Positions 27,851 to 41,820 of a stretch of DNA of 64,000 bases are shown here, one piece after another. The position numbers and the translations under genes are program-made. The DNA comes from Iphione sp. A-MEVVRFRX5. Lineage: Eukaryota. The notes below the pieces were generated by a model, which saw only the letters and a list, made by a program, of their open reading frames with translations, ran no database searches and had not been told where the DNA came from. The stretch is taken from assembly GCA_976226885.1 (NCBI GenBank), contig OZ320316.1, positions 92,628,001 to 92,692,000 on the forward strand. The letters are read 5' to 3'. The first letter of the stretch is position 1; every line of letters begins with the position of its first letter.

Positions 27851-29841
27851 TGAACTACAAAAATAGACGTGAAAAATAACCTACAGGTAATAGTTATTTT
27901 ATGAGGACAGGTAAAGAAAGGTAAAGGTTGGATATTCTAAATGATTCCACTCTATAATCTTTTCATATGTGTTTCACGAAGTATTGTGTCAGAGCACTCG
28001 AAATGGGTACTTTGCAAAGGTGATGCGAGACGACATTCATTTAAAAGAAGTATTTTCTTTTAATACAGTTACTGTGGTAAATATCCTCCATCCTTGATGA
28101 CGTGACTGGTCAAGTGACGATGTCTGATGATTTATTTCTTTCGCTAGTTCACTGCAAGTGTGTCCTTACATATATTTATAGACTGTCTCCCAGCCTCCAA
28201 GCCTCCGAGCCTCTCTCAGACTCCAGCCGTCAGGTGATCTCCACCACCACCCACCTTTTCACACAGGCCTGCTATTGACAGCAGGTGTGCTGTGGTTGAG
28301 ATCCCTATAGGTTGCTGGCACAAGGACAGGTACGCTACCTGAAGTGCAAGGGACTGGAAAGGGGGCTTGTAATTCTTTCTTCTTACGTTCTTATCGCGAG
28401 GTGCATTAAATGAATGGTCCAAGTTGTTGAGATTAAATCTTGATGTATAAAGAGAGTTTGGGGATTCAAAGTTATAGGATCCCTTCCTTGAAGCAGACTA
28501 AGTAACCATCACCTCCCAAGGAAACGCAAAAACATGGCAGATTAAATGATGCGAAGATTAAAAATTGCGAATAACCTTAGTTACTTCAATTATAAATATC
28601 AAGATCATAACAATAAAGTGGTCGTATTATCTTTTTAACTAAAGTCCATGTACCATTAGAGATGAAGTCGATAGCTGATTTCGACATGCTTTCTCACTTT
28701 ATTAAAAAAAAAATGACCACATTGGTGCTGTCTATTCATCTCAAAAGAAAGTACATGTAATTGAGAAGGCGAATTCAAGTGACTCCAATCGCATTTGTTA
28801 AAGAGCCTCTTGAAAGGAGTTAGTTTCGCAAAATCAAAGCATTCATACCACGATGTCTCAGTCTAAGAGGCTGAGTACAGTATCGGTTCTTGTTATCTGT
28901 CTGATGGACAATGAGCAATCAAGTCAGCATTGATCAGTACAAGTAATATTGAGGTTATTGGAAATTAAAGTCGTATATACATAGTATTGAACGGAATAAT
29001 AAATAGGAAGCGGCATAAAGTCTTAATAACCTCACTTTTCGAGTGAATATAGACCTTATAATTCTGTGTGATCGTAACGCTGGAGGTATACGCGGTGTGC
29101 GGTAATTATTGGATACGAGTCAAACCAGGAGAGAGGACATGTTCTGCTATCAAAAACACTAATTTAAAAGATCCCAATCGAGCAGTTTCAGTCGTGATTT
29201 AGCTAATGTGACTTGTTCTCTACTTCACTCTAAGATGCGGATAAAGGTGTCATTCTCAGCAATACTTGTTGGTTTCCATATCTGATCCCGCTGTTACGAA
29301 GACCCGTGGGTGTCTGGACCTATTGCAACTGCGTTAATAACTTGGCTGTTTGGGGTTAATTTGTTGCCGAAAATTTAGTGTCTAATGAAACATTAACATG
29401 CCATCAAATTGGATTAAGCAAGTATCCGTAAATGGAAGGGAATTCAACAGTAAGGTTAACATAACATATTTTCTTCTGTCTTCAAGTGATCCATAGTGAT
29501 GCCATTCATATGTATTAGGCTGAATGTTTGCTGATATACCGTGCAATGGCTTTCCGTAGAGTCAATACTTAGAACACAGACAATACAGCACTCTAAAGAA
29601 ATGCGACCATTTATCATCATCATACAGCACCGAGTACTTGGCAATGGTTCCCAATAAGAGATAACCAGCAAACAAATATGCCGCACAGAATGACGGGGGT
29701 GAAAATAGAAGGACGCAGCGCCAAGAAAACAAACAGATGGTTCCCCGCCGCGACGTATAAAGGTAACACCTGACACATCAGCCTCACGCCGACTACCAGC
29801 GAACAGCCTAAGGACAGGCCCCCACAATGCATTACGGCAGG

Positions 29842-29876
29842 ACTTCCGGCGAACCCGGGCCGCCCTCTGGTGGCCA
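29842..29876 (-). promoter_or_regulatory. ETS-type motif plus CTCF-consensus motif
   Basis: Minus strand TGGCCACCAGAGGGCGGC (29876-29859) and CCGGAAGT (29849-29842), in a locally CpG-containing patch. Confidence 0.5.
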
Positions 29877-32800
29877 ACAGAGAAGTTGCACGGGCCATAG
29901 GTAAAACATGGATCCTGTAGTCAGAGACAGGAGAACTGCGTCTTTGCGCATCAGGTCGCAACCACAGCCCATTTTATATTTTCTTTTATTCTGTTGATCT
30001 TTTTACGTGGAAGATTAATTTTTGTTGCGGCGACTACGCTCTTTCGTATTTATTTGCCTGAACGATCGGGGGGGATCGAGTAAACCATGTTACTTCTAAA
30101 TCTTTATAGGAGCACTGCGTATATCTCTAGAGTATACCATGAACTTAAAACAACGCCGCAGTTCTAAGTCATTACCATCTTTGGGTTTTGCCTCCAGTGA
30201 AAGCAAATTTAGGTGATTTGATAAGACACTGTTATATAAAGAACACAAGCTGTACATCTAGAACCTTTATCTAGTTTAATATTAGAAAATCTTATAATGT
30301 ATCTAGTATTGGTATTGTATTATACATTTATTATTGACGATGCTCACTATTCATTGACATTACAAAGCGATTATCGTATGTTCTTACTTTTGGTATTAAA
30401 TCAAAACCTTTGACAATCTAAAATGGAAGGGTCCTTCGGTTTCCTAACTCCACCCATTAAAAAAATTAACACCTGATGGCTTAATGCGTTTTTTCCTCTT
30501 GTAGTCTCTTAGTGCATTTCTGTGGTTCCCAGGGTTCACTCACACAGACACAAACACACACGCACACTGGTGTCACGAGGACCTGGATACATCCCTGTTT
30601 CATAACGAATTAGATACACATGAACCACGGGATAATAGTCTCCAGATAAACTACAGAGTCTGATGCAGTTTCTACAGAACGCGTGCTCTATGTAAAAGTG
30701 GTTAGAACCGTAGAAACTATCAACGAAACAGCACCGTGGACGTAATGGGATTAATTCGAGCGGGAAGCAGTGCAGCCAGAGAGTAGCGGCTATTAGTAGT
30801 CATTCATACTTGATGAGAACTTCAGCACCCCTACTTGTGCATGACTAAGTCGGAACTGATGTAGGATGTCGTTAACTGGAGGAAGATCAATATCCGGTCT
30901 CGACAACGCGCCTTATTTTACATTAAAAAAGGCAGCCTCAGTGCAGCTTCCGCATCATTCTCGATCCTTCCTTCCCCAATCTACTGGATTCAGAAGTATT
31001 TTAGTTACAGAGCAAAGTGTTAAAAGGGCCTTGAATGATTCTGGCAAGCTAATGCATGTCCGTTCAAACATGGCACTACTATCTCTGGTAGCTGAAGGAG
31101 GGTCAAGCTGAAAAGGGCAGTGTCCAGAAGGAAGTGGGGAAAGGGCGCTGACTTCGTGATCAACAGTCTTGCATGTCCTTCTGAATGGGCAGTCTAATAC
31201 TCTCTTCAATTCAATTCCACCTTGGAATGTTCCAGTGTTCTGTTATAGTTGTAATGTATGTTCGAGAATGCCAGAAACGTGAATGAAAAATCACCTTGCA
31301 AAATACACAATGAGCAACACATCAAGTTAGCGGAATGGTCGTTAAAAAAGGCACTTATTTCTGAAGTGAGGCCTTTCGTGGCTGCGGTAAGATTTCACTT
31401 AATGGACGGACTAAACAAAGAACTAACCAAAAACGGAAAGGTTTGGTTGAGCCCAGTATAATAATTTAATGCTAACGGACTACTGAGAAACACAGGTGGA
31501 ACAGCCTCATGTCCAAAGGCTCCTATTATGTCGTTTGCCACTAATAAACTGTACCTCCAATACCACATTTACATGATAGCTTTCTAGGCATCGACTTTTA
31601 TAAAAGCTAAATAAAGTAAGAGATGCTCTGAGTCTGAGAGAATCACATGGAGAGAGCAGTCATAGGATAGCTTCCTTTTTATCTCGGACTCCCCGGGGTT
31701 ATTAGCATTGGTCAGCCGCTGGTCAACGGTATCAGGTCAGGACTATTACCTCACAGTAAACGTAGATTTAATCAGTGTGAGTATGGTTTTCTCTCTCCCT
31801 GACAAATCGATCCGGCGGGCATGACATGTTCCTTCAGGAGAATGGCGTCAGAATTAGCAGCATTGGCTGCTACATAATACCCCTAAGGGAGAATGTCTTC
31901 AACGACAAAACTCTAGGATACATATGTTAGTGACGACATCGCCAATTGCAATTGCATTCTATATAGATCATTGACGTCGTTGATCCTTACGGGTATTAGT
32001 GTATTAGCGAGAAAACATTTCCCGTGATTAAGCCAGGACTAACTGCATCCATTCATTGCCTGTCTCCATCGATTAGTCTGCGTTGAGCTGCCTTCCGAGT
32101 CAAACCTGGTTCCTATTCCTGATCAAATTGCCCAGTGATCCTAGTGCATCGCAGTTTGTAGTATTTAGAGGCAAACATCTCATCTTGGTGAATAAGGACG
32201 TAGGCTGGTTTTTAAAAACTACAAGAGAAAATAATGCCTCAATGTTAATGTTACTAAGGACTATGGGTACCTTTAAAAAGGTTTTAAGACAGAGCTAATA
32301 TTGAGAAGGGCTTGTAAACCGACCCACTGATCTTGAGTAAATTTCATATCGGAGCAGTGGCTTTCATGGATTCACCTTTTGCGTATACGTGTCTCAGCAC
32401 ACTATTTTCGGTGCATTCTTGTGACAATATCAAAGCATATGCATGCCAATAGTTTTGTCGAGGCTATGTTGCAATCTGTTGCTTCTGACATCATGGGTAC
32501 TTGCTATTGCTAGGCAATATTGCTCTATTCTTTAAGTCTTTCGTTCGTAAAGATGGAAGTTTTAGTCTGATGATAATCGCAACATAATTTATCCAATTTA
32601 CAGAATTTCATTTAATTTCATGCTATTGGAGAGTGCCTTTACAGAGTAACATCCAAAAAGCTATTGCAGTAAGTTTCCATCAGAAGCCATACCTTGAATG
32701 CGGAAACCGGTGTCATATAGATATATATATGTATGTGGCAAGGAGAAAATATATATAGCTATATAATGTGTTCCTTCGAACAAAGTAATCAAATAACCAT

Positions 32801-34919
32801 CACCTTCCACAAATGAGTCCTCAATAGTAAGACTTTTCCCTATGGGTCAACAATAGCCGTGCATGGGCTATCTATTCTACACTAACCAGACAGAGGGACA
32901 GAAGGTGAGGTGTTTACCTAGATTGCGTCGACTAAACATGCGGCCCCGGGCTGACAGGGAGGTAAGAGGAGCCGGCCATGTGTATATTGACCCCTAGATG
33001 CTAACCTACTTATCAGATGTCAATCAAGAAGAACCCTGACCTCATCCAAATACCACACTATAAAGAGGGGCCTTGCTGTCCAAGGTGAGCGTCATGAATA
33101 TGTTAAATATATATTATGTGCTGGATCGCCGGAGGTAATTATAGTAAGTAAGGGCTAAATGTCGCATTCTTCAGAGCTACATTCTAGCTGCCTCACGAAA
33201 AATATATCTGTTGTGGGTCTCATTCTTTCGGATTCGGATTTCGGATAATTCGGGTTTCAATTGTTAAATGTATGTTGAAAAGAGGATTTTTAAAAATCTA
33301 AACAGCCAAACCGTCACACTGGCTAAGAGTAGACGGCTAATTGGCTTTGATATTCACTGTTTTCTACTGACAATTTAGACTTCTTGGTCAAACCATTAGC
33401 CCTATGCCTCCGGCAGGGGACATTGTGATTGCTTCTATTGGGCACAAAATGAACCAATTTCAATCAACCTTGCTGTAAAAGTTGTTAATCTCCTCGGGAC
33501 AACTAATACATTTATGGCAATGAAATCTGCCGGGAAAAGGAAAGCAATTGCATCTATTTAAAATATTGGACGTTATTTATTAAGAAACTAAAGAGACCCG
33601 CAGTCTGTCCATAAGAATGTGGGTCAGCATATTATACCTATGATGAATGATTCCTCATAGCATGTTAAAATATGCACGCTGTTTCCTGACAATTGCAGGC
33701 GAAGACAGACAACAGAGAAGTACTGAGACAGGCAGGCAGGCAGACAGACAACACACAGAGACAGAACAACAGACGATCAAGATACATTGGAAGCTTCTCG
33801 AACAAGGCCTTGTCAACAAGACGTTCAAGTATTCTAGAATCCTCCCTCGAGTGACTCAGCCCTGTGCTAAATAGCCGCCATATTCGCGTCAACCAGATTG
33901 GCGGAGACGAGTCCTGAATCTTGTACAAGTATTTGACCTGTTTGTCTTGGCATTCCCTCAACTGGGACCGGACCCAAGGTATAAGCAGAAAGGCCTATTA
34001 GGAGATAATGAAAGGGAAAGCGACAAGGAGAGAGCTGAAAAGACAAAAGGGTATGCAATTGACATGAGAGATCAGGTCAAAATGTGTATGATTTACCAAG
34101 CAGTGCGGCTTTGCCAAAAACCTGTAGTACTCGATAATTAGGTAACACCCATAATACAACCATATCTCCTGGTACATGTCTTTTCTTTTTGTCAAGTCAT
34201 GAAGCTTTCACTTCTCTGAGTTTCTTTTCCTTGTTTTAATTCTCCCTTTTACCTCGTTGTGCCATAAAAATTCGTCTCTGGTATGCATTTTTCTTGTCTT
34301 GTTTGATTGTTCTTCATATTTCCTTTAAAATATATGTACAATTATACTTTTCTCCATAAAACATAATCATATTATCTAGTAAACATTTTGTTCACTATCA
34401 TCTTTTCGTTTTCCGCTTCATAGTTGTGTATTATTTGTAATTTATAACGGCAATTAAAGAAAAGTTTTGATCTATTTGCAAAAATGCTTTATAAATATGA
34501 CTGTTAGAAACCAGATATATAAATCAGCACTGTAAGCCATTCATGTATGGCAGTGGTGTAAAGATGTCTGACAATTGAGCTGACTGTAAATATCGTTGTC
34601 TGTCCTCCTGTGGAAAAAAAACCCAGAAAAGTTAAGCTGCACAAACTGTAAAAAACAGTGCATAGTCCGAAGGCCGACGCAGTTGGGGAAGGGTATATGT
34701 GTGCATCTGAACAGAAGACTTTTTACAAATGAGCAGACGACAATTTTTTTTAACGCCGCGACATTTGACAGCATGCGGTGCCATGGCGACATGTATTCGC
34801 CATTCCATCGAATTCAGGGGGCACATCATTATGCATGGTTTTTAACGACGCGTCTTGTTTCACTGGGGATCCAATATAGGAACCCTTGAGAAATGTCTGG
34901 AATAGTGCGATTTGGCTTG

Positions 34920-35280
34920 CCTCCTGAAGCAAAGAGAGGAGGAGATGGCATGAAGAAAAGAAACAATGGGAAGGGGATGAAAAGTGCAAGAGGCAAAAGA
35001 GGTAAGAGGCAAATAGAGTGTGAAGGCGTCATAGAGACTGAAAGCCACAAAAGAATCAGTGAGACAGACGATGAGAGAAATCGGTGAGAAAATTGCGTGT
35101 TAGAAAGAAACAGAGCATAAAAGAAACATGAACAGCGTGTAGATTTATGCAGAGGGGACAGGAAGAAGGGACCTAGAAAGAAGCAAAAAGAGAAGTAAAG
35201 TGGAAAGAGATTGAGGATAGGAAATAGAGACGGAGATAAAAGGATAGGAAGCGAGGCAGAAACAAGGGAAAAGAGCATTG
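34920..35280. repeat. Degenerate purine-rich low-complexity tract
   Basis: A/G-dominated plus strand. Confidence 0.65.
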
Positions 35281-38200
35281 AATAATATCGATTATATTTC
35301 AAGTTTTAAATAACATCTTATACATAATAGGAGGCATCCTATTAGCAATGTCCTGTAATAGCAAGCCTGTGCCAGTCAAGCATGAAGAACTGTACGTCAT
35401 CTTTTTCATGAGACTGTGAGCCTGGACCAGGCTTAGTCAGGTTGGCGGACACTCGTAGCCATTTGATGTTAAAAAGGATACTTTACCGCACCTTTAAATA
35501 GTTTGGATGTGAGTTTGCAATATTTTCTGCGAAATTGCTGTACTATATGTAACCATATTATTATACCTTTGAAAGAAAAATAAGGTATAAATTCCACATT
35601 AAGATAACATAATAATATAACGTGTCATTTATGGAACAAGCCACTGTTTGCTACACTGTGGTAGGCTGTAATCCTATTTTATACTAAAATTCATGAATTA
35701 TAATGAATGAGACCTTGGATGCATTCCCCAGTCACCCAGTCCGTTTAGTACTATTAATGGAAAAAAAAACAAGAATAGCTGTCATGATTTGGAAGTATTC
35801 AGCTGCAATAAGAATTACGATTTTACTGTTACTTTTTGCTCCAGGCTTGCGGTGATTAGGGCGCTGTCATCCATTAATTATCTGTGTCAGTAAAATAGCC
35901 ACTGGGCTTTGAAGCTGGGATTTATAATATCTAGCTTTCGTTAGGGTCTAAATAGTCATGAGATAGTCATAGAACCAACACCGACGGAACATAAATGATG
36001 AAGAAAATCATTTGTAATAACGCTGGTTAGAAGTTGAATAGGGGCTAGAGACTATGAGGTTTTGTCCTGAGTGACAAAACCTCTTATTGCTCTGTGACAC
36101 TGTATACTATTTTATTTCAGTCGCCATAAGTTATATATTTTAGTTATAAAGTTATTTTAATTGGTAATGCTGCTTGATTCTTTTTTAACCAAAATCTTGA
36201 TGCAGTGGTCTCGGGGGGAAATTGGTACCCACTAGGATGCGGATCGGAAGTAGTTAGTTGCGATGATGGACGGGTAGAGGGAGTAGATATGGCCGTCATC
36301 TCAATCGTACAATCATATCGATCGGCTGGTGGTAACCAATAGCTAACTAAGATCTGCAATAGATAGGATCTGCTCCAATGTAATCATAGTTGTTGGAACA
36401 GCTCGGCCTACTTGTATTATAACCTACCTATCCCACTTACTTTAGTCAAATTAGTAATTTGTTAAATGAATACTATTTGAAATATGTTGATGGAACTATG
36501 GCTCCTATGCTTTATCACAGCAGAACCAACTATAAGGAATTTTATTTTTGTCGACCAAATGATCAAAAACTTTCAAGGTGTCCGGATTATAAATGTTCGG
36601 GACTAAGTGTTCAGTGACCTTTTCCCGATAGCAACATAAATTCTTTTGCTACTCTCATTGGACACCTCTTATTATTTGGTAATGTACTATATGGTAAAAT
36701 AAGCATGTCGAGCTAGACCCTAGTGATGGAGAAATGATAATATACAGCGAAGGGCAAGTACATTACATTTCAAGTCGGCAGAGAGCAAGTGTGATATCGA
36801 CTGATAAACCAGATCTAGCGTGTAAACATTATTGGCTATTCTGTGTCGAGATGTTGATAGCCCAAATTAATTTTTGGCGGATCCGTTGGGTTCATTACGC
36901 ACAGTGATGGTCGAAATGGGTAAATAAAGGTACAATTCAGATATACAGCAAAAGGTGTACATAGGATCAACCACGGCGAGGTAAATAGGAAGATCTATTG
37001 CAGCATACCTATGTATCTAGAACTAGTAACATCGGTATAGGCTTCCTATGGCTGGTTGCACTCATTATCACTCACCATCGGCGGGACAACGTGGTGAGCT
37101 ATTTTTATGGCGAGCAGGTGTCAAGAGCATACCAGTCTCCATATAAAAAATATGGCCATGAGACCCTTGGCTGCAACGTAATTGATTTGAGGGGGCACGG
37201 TACGAAGATACTGTCTAGTTCTACAGCTACAACATAGGTACATGTATGTAGAAAGTCACACATAGAATCCTGCATTCCTTTACATAAGAATAGAACCATA
37301 GAACTCAGTCCATGTCCTATCCTTTATACTTTCTGGCTCGCTATTTCTCATTATTATAGATATTATTCCCTTTATCTGCCTGTCCCTGCTTGATTGTTTT
37401 CTCTTCACATTTATGTATGTTTAGCGCATAGCAGCATCAGCTGATATATCATTATTTAATAGGGAGGAACATTGTCATATTAACGATATTGTATGGAAAG
37501 CATGCATCATTTGTTTTAAATTATTAACTATGAACAACCTGGGAAAGAAATCTAGAAAAGAATGTTACCAGATGATCTATATAAAGTAGCATTGTAAAAC
37601 CACCGCATCCTTGATAATAATATTAGAGACATAAGGGGGTCTTGATTAACAATGGTTTGAGCTCTAGCTTTAACAGATAGACGTTGCATGTTAAATGATT
37701 AGTACCTGAAGTCTGACATTTAGTAAAAGGCGAGCGCTTGCTGAATATATTATCAGAACGGAGGCATTCCTGTGTTACAATCGTGATCTGTAACCCAAGA
37801 TATTTCTCTGTTCCTTCTTTATGGAGGATCGTGCACGTAGGCTATTTCAATGGAATTATGAGTGCAATTCATAAGCGTTCATTAGACTTAAAAGATCCTA
37901 TACATCATGCACATCGCTTTCTCAGGAAAATGGTAGGTGCCAGTCACCCGGCGACAGGAAAGTTTTACTGTAGGAGAGACTGCTCCGATGCTTTAGCGCT
38001 GGGGGATATTGTATCCTCTCACTGACTCTTAAAGAACCTTTCCCTGTCTCTGAAACGTGTGACCCTTCGCCCTTTGGTCATTTGGGAGTTGCTTGAAAAG
38101 GTCAAAGTCCTCTCATTCCTGTGTGGACGCTTGCATGTCATCTTTTATGGTCCTTGTGAAAGGGATCTTATGTATTCATGAATATATTACGTTGGATCTT

Positions 38201-38496
38201 CTCCCTGGAAACGACAGGTCACAACCTCTGCTGCTATGTAACACCATATGAAGGTGTAGGTTTGAACAGGGGAATTCCTCTACCACAAAGAAATGAAAAC
38301 TGACATATATGTATATATACACATGTATCTTATATATTAAAAATGTGTTCTTTTGTAGCTTATATCTAACATATATACATGTATATAAACATGTATATTT
38401 AAACATATATAAACTTCGGCCTAACTAAAATTGATATGGTCTTCCGTGGGTACTATTGAATTATCACTTCTAAGGGTTACTATCTTCTACGAATTA

Positions 38497-38567
38497 CTGA
38501 GCTGATCTATATGGGGGTTCGGCTGAACCCCCCCCCCCACCCACCCAAAGCCCGGCTACGAGCCTGA
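38497..38567. repeat. Possible decayed short GC-rich MITE-like element
   Basis: gggggttcggctgaacccccc core ending ggctacgagcctg resembles short CAGG..GTAGCC-type terminal-repeat elements (recall). The left terminus is degraded. Confidence 0.28.
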
Positions 38568-41500
38568 GTAGTTCTGAGCTGATGTGCCTTTGTCTCCATA
38601 TTAGTCTCCCCACGTAATGCTCATGGACCTGTCAGTGCATATTAAAATAAAACGAGACTTTAGATATGACAGTAATTCGCTTATATACTCTCCACAGCGG
38701 GACTATAAATCATGATTAAACTCCAGACTGTCGAATGTAATACAAGTCTGTATCTACCAGGCGACTGTTCTGTATTCCTCTTTCTCCTCACGAAATATTT
38801 TCTTTACCGTTCTTCGCAGATTACGGATGAGAATACAATTCGATGTAAACTTAATCAAAATCTCAAAACGCTATCTACTAGAATATCATATTGATATTAA
38901 GCGCAGTTGTGTCTGGTTAGTTTGACATTCGTCAGCACTTCCACAGTATTCACTTCGCTGGCTGTCTGGTAATCTCTATATCAAAGACTTCTTTTGGGAG
39001 GAAGACCCAGGATAAAATTCAATCAGTCATAAAGTTGATGTCAATAGTAATCAATAACTTTACTGTGTGTGGTTGTGTGTCTCGGAGTGTTAATACTTCG
39101 ACACACTAGGTTCTACAGCCAACTTCACCACAGTAGCATACTACTTCTCGTCTGATCCAAATGTGACGTGCTCGGTTCGGTCGTGTTGGCGCATTCATCG
39201 AGTATCATAACATGTCAAAGGTGGCTAGAGGTATGCGTCTAGTATCCTGCTCTTTCTAAAACAGTTAAGACTAAGTGTCTAGGGCATCAAGCAAACATAT
39301 ATATCTGGACGTAAACGCTAAGAAAGATGACGTATGAGAATTTAGTTCCTCTCTAGGCAAAACCATAGTTCCAAACTTATCTACCATGTGAACTTATGGG
39401 CATGTAGAGTCAACTGTCCTGGCATATTAGTCACCATCATGTCAGGCTATATTCGAGACCGTATGTTCCTGCCTGCATGTCCTACAGGTCGGCTATTTGC
39501 TGTAGGCTATATCAAGCTTATGAGTTGTGCAGGGACAGACACCTGCACAGCTGGCTGAGTGTAAAATTGTGCTAGATGACCTCACCTCCTACCGTGGGAT
39601 CTGCGCTAAATATATATACAAGCCGCACTGGTTCGGTTTGCGCCCTGTATAACCTGTTTTCCCTCATGGCCGTACGTATGAATGTGTGTTTGTGTTGCAG
39701 CGTCGGCACCTCCTTTGTCGCATTGACTTTGGCATACATAACATCCAGTGTCATTTTTTACATTTGTACATTTCATTTTAATTCAAATTATAGCCTAAAG
39801 CTTTATGGATAGACAAAGAAAAATCAATGACATAAAAATATGAAATACACATTATGACGCGTGTATACGGATAGATGAATAGGTGAACGATACTAGGAAT
39901 TTTGTGACTAAAAGAATTTGTCTGTGTCTACGAGAGAGACGGACAAACAGACAGACAGATATAAGATTGAGACAGTGACAGTGGGAAATATTAGGCAGAG
40001 AGAATCAAAGATACTAAGAAGAGGGTGTGTAATAGCAAGAGGATAAAGAGGAAAAGGGAGAGTCTTGCCTAGGTACAGAATGTCAGACGGACATCTCATC
40101 TAGGATATGACTGCAGTTTATGTGCAAAAACACCAGTCAGTATTGGGAAATTGCCTCAACTTCTGTAGACACCAAGGTAGACAGTCTGGCGGTTGGCTTC
40201 CGTGTCAGGCTGACAGATAACAAGATGTATACCTTTCCTGCATGTAAGATGATCTAAGCGTTTGACAGCTGTCCCTGACAGCTTAACAGTAAGGAAGAGA
40301 GACGGGACTCCGGCGGTAGACACAGAGAGATAAGAAGAGACCGGTAAATGAACAAGACTTAAACCCCGGAACGAATTATGTCCAAGAAAATGAGACGGTT
40401 CGTTTATCAATGCCAAAATTCAACGTGAAGAGACATGATTTTCTGCAAAATACGAACCTGTAAAACTGCTAAACTGCTAAACTGTCAGTTCAGGACACAC
40501 AGGGCAATGAACTGAATGGATAAACTGATATGAAGAAAATGATGCCAAAGTGAACCAGGGATTGAACCAGAGGCGGCAATATGTAAATAGCTGCATAAAA
40601 AAGGGCGAGCAAAAATAAAAAGTAGAGAAAGACCTAAAGATGGAAGGTAGCCCACGAAAATGAGACATTCAAAAGAAACATTTAGACAGCCTCACGAATG
40701 TAGGTCGGAGAGGGCCCCTAACGTCAACACCAATAAACATGTTACCAGAAACCCATATGTCATTGCAAATGGATTCTCTCGCATATGCCTACCAAGACAT
40801 GTTTGAGGTCTCGGTTGGATGTGAAAAGGAAGCTTCGTAGCAAGTTGATATCATGCTTAGAATGGCGAGTTTTTATGGAAATAAAACATTGGCATGACAT
40901 CTGAAAGTTTCTGTTCCTAGCTGAAACACATATGACACTATTGGGTCTCACAGGAAATTGTTGTAAGTTGCAAATATTTATAATACATATATTTGCGCGT
41001 CCCTACAGAAATATGTACATCTTAACAAAACTACATTTAAAGGCGGATAGGGCAGTACAAAATATATATACAAACTGAAGTATGTACAAGTATACATGTA
41101 TACAGAAGTATGTGCAGTAGGGTAAGAATACTTGACTAGCAATAGGGTACAAATACTTGACCAGTCAATTGCATCAGAAGTATTTTGACCCCCCTGAAAG
41201 ACTAGATCACACAGTAAACTTTGACCACCATCTGGGTCACATTTATTACGGCTGGGACACAACTGTTTATCTGCCCTGAGAAAACGTTGACCAGTGGGCA
41301 GTGGGCAGTGGGTGAGTGATTAGTTCAATCCATGGTCTAAGATCACCTTCCAAGATGTCATGCATATATCTGATATCGAGTATCATTCAGTTCTGGACGT
41401 CTTTTAAAAATACTTTAAAGTAAAGTTTACACACAACTGTGAAGCATATCATTATTACACAAAACTCTGAGCATATGGCTCTGTTGCCATGTACATAAGC

Positions 41501-41609
41501 TGCCATATCTTTGCCGTTCTCTTGCCTATATCATTACACTAGTGGCAGTAATGGTGGGGGATGCGGTAGCTTTCGGGGAAGACAAACTAGCAAACTCAAC
41601 AAAACTTAC

Positions 41610-41660
41610 ACAACATATGTTGTCGGACATGAGGTACTCCTCCTCCTTGACGCCCGCCAT
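41610..41660 (-). CDS. Candidate first coding exon, 51 nt (MAGVKEEEYLMSDNICC), product unassigned; possibly an atypical RyR first exon or the start of another gene
   Basis: ccaagATGG strong Kozak context, 17 open codons, then GTAAGT at phase 0; promoter-like motifs upstream. Confidence 0.5.
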
Positions 41661-41820
41661 CTTGGAGTTCTATACTTGTGACTCAGACAGGGAACGTCGG
41701 GAAGGCCCTGAGGTGGCTCTAGTGATAGAGGTCACCAACAAAGGTCAACGCCTGTCGCTGACCTCAACCCTTCTCCCAAACGCGCATGCACTGTGTAGTT
41801 GGAGTGGGGGGTGGGGCGTC
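41654..41820 (-). promoter_or_regulatory. Putative promoter of the 41.6-kb candidate exon
   Basis: YY1-type AAGATGGCGG overlapping the ATG (41663-41654), AP-1 TGACTCA (41679-41685), NRF1-like GCGCATGC (about 41782-41789), GC box GGGGTGGGGCG (about 41807-41818). Confidence 0.45.

Noticed and set aside
33665-33961. SRILERLVDKAL resembling RT SKILERLV
   Set aside because: A single short patch with no supporting flanking motifs.
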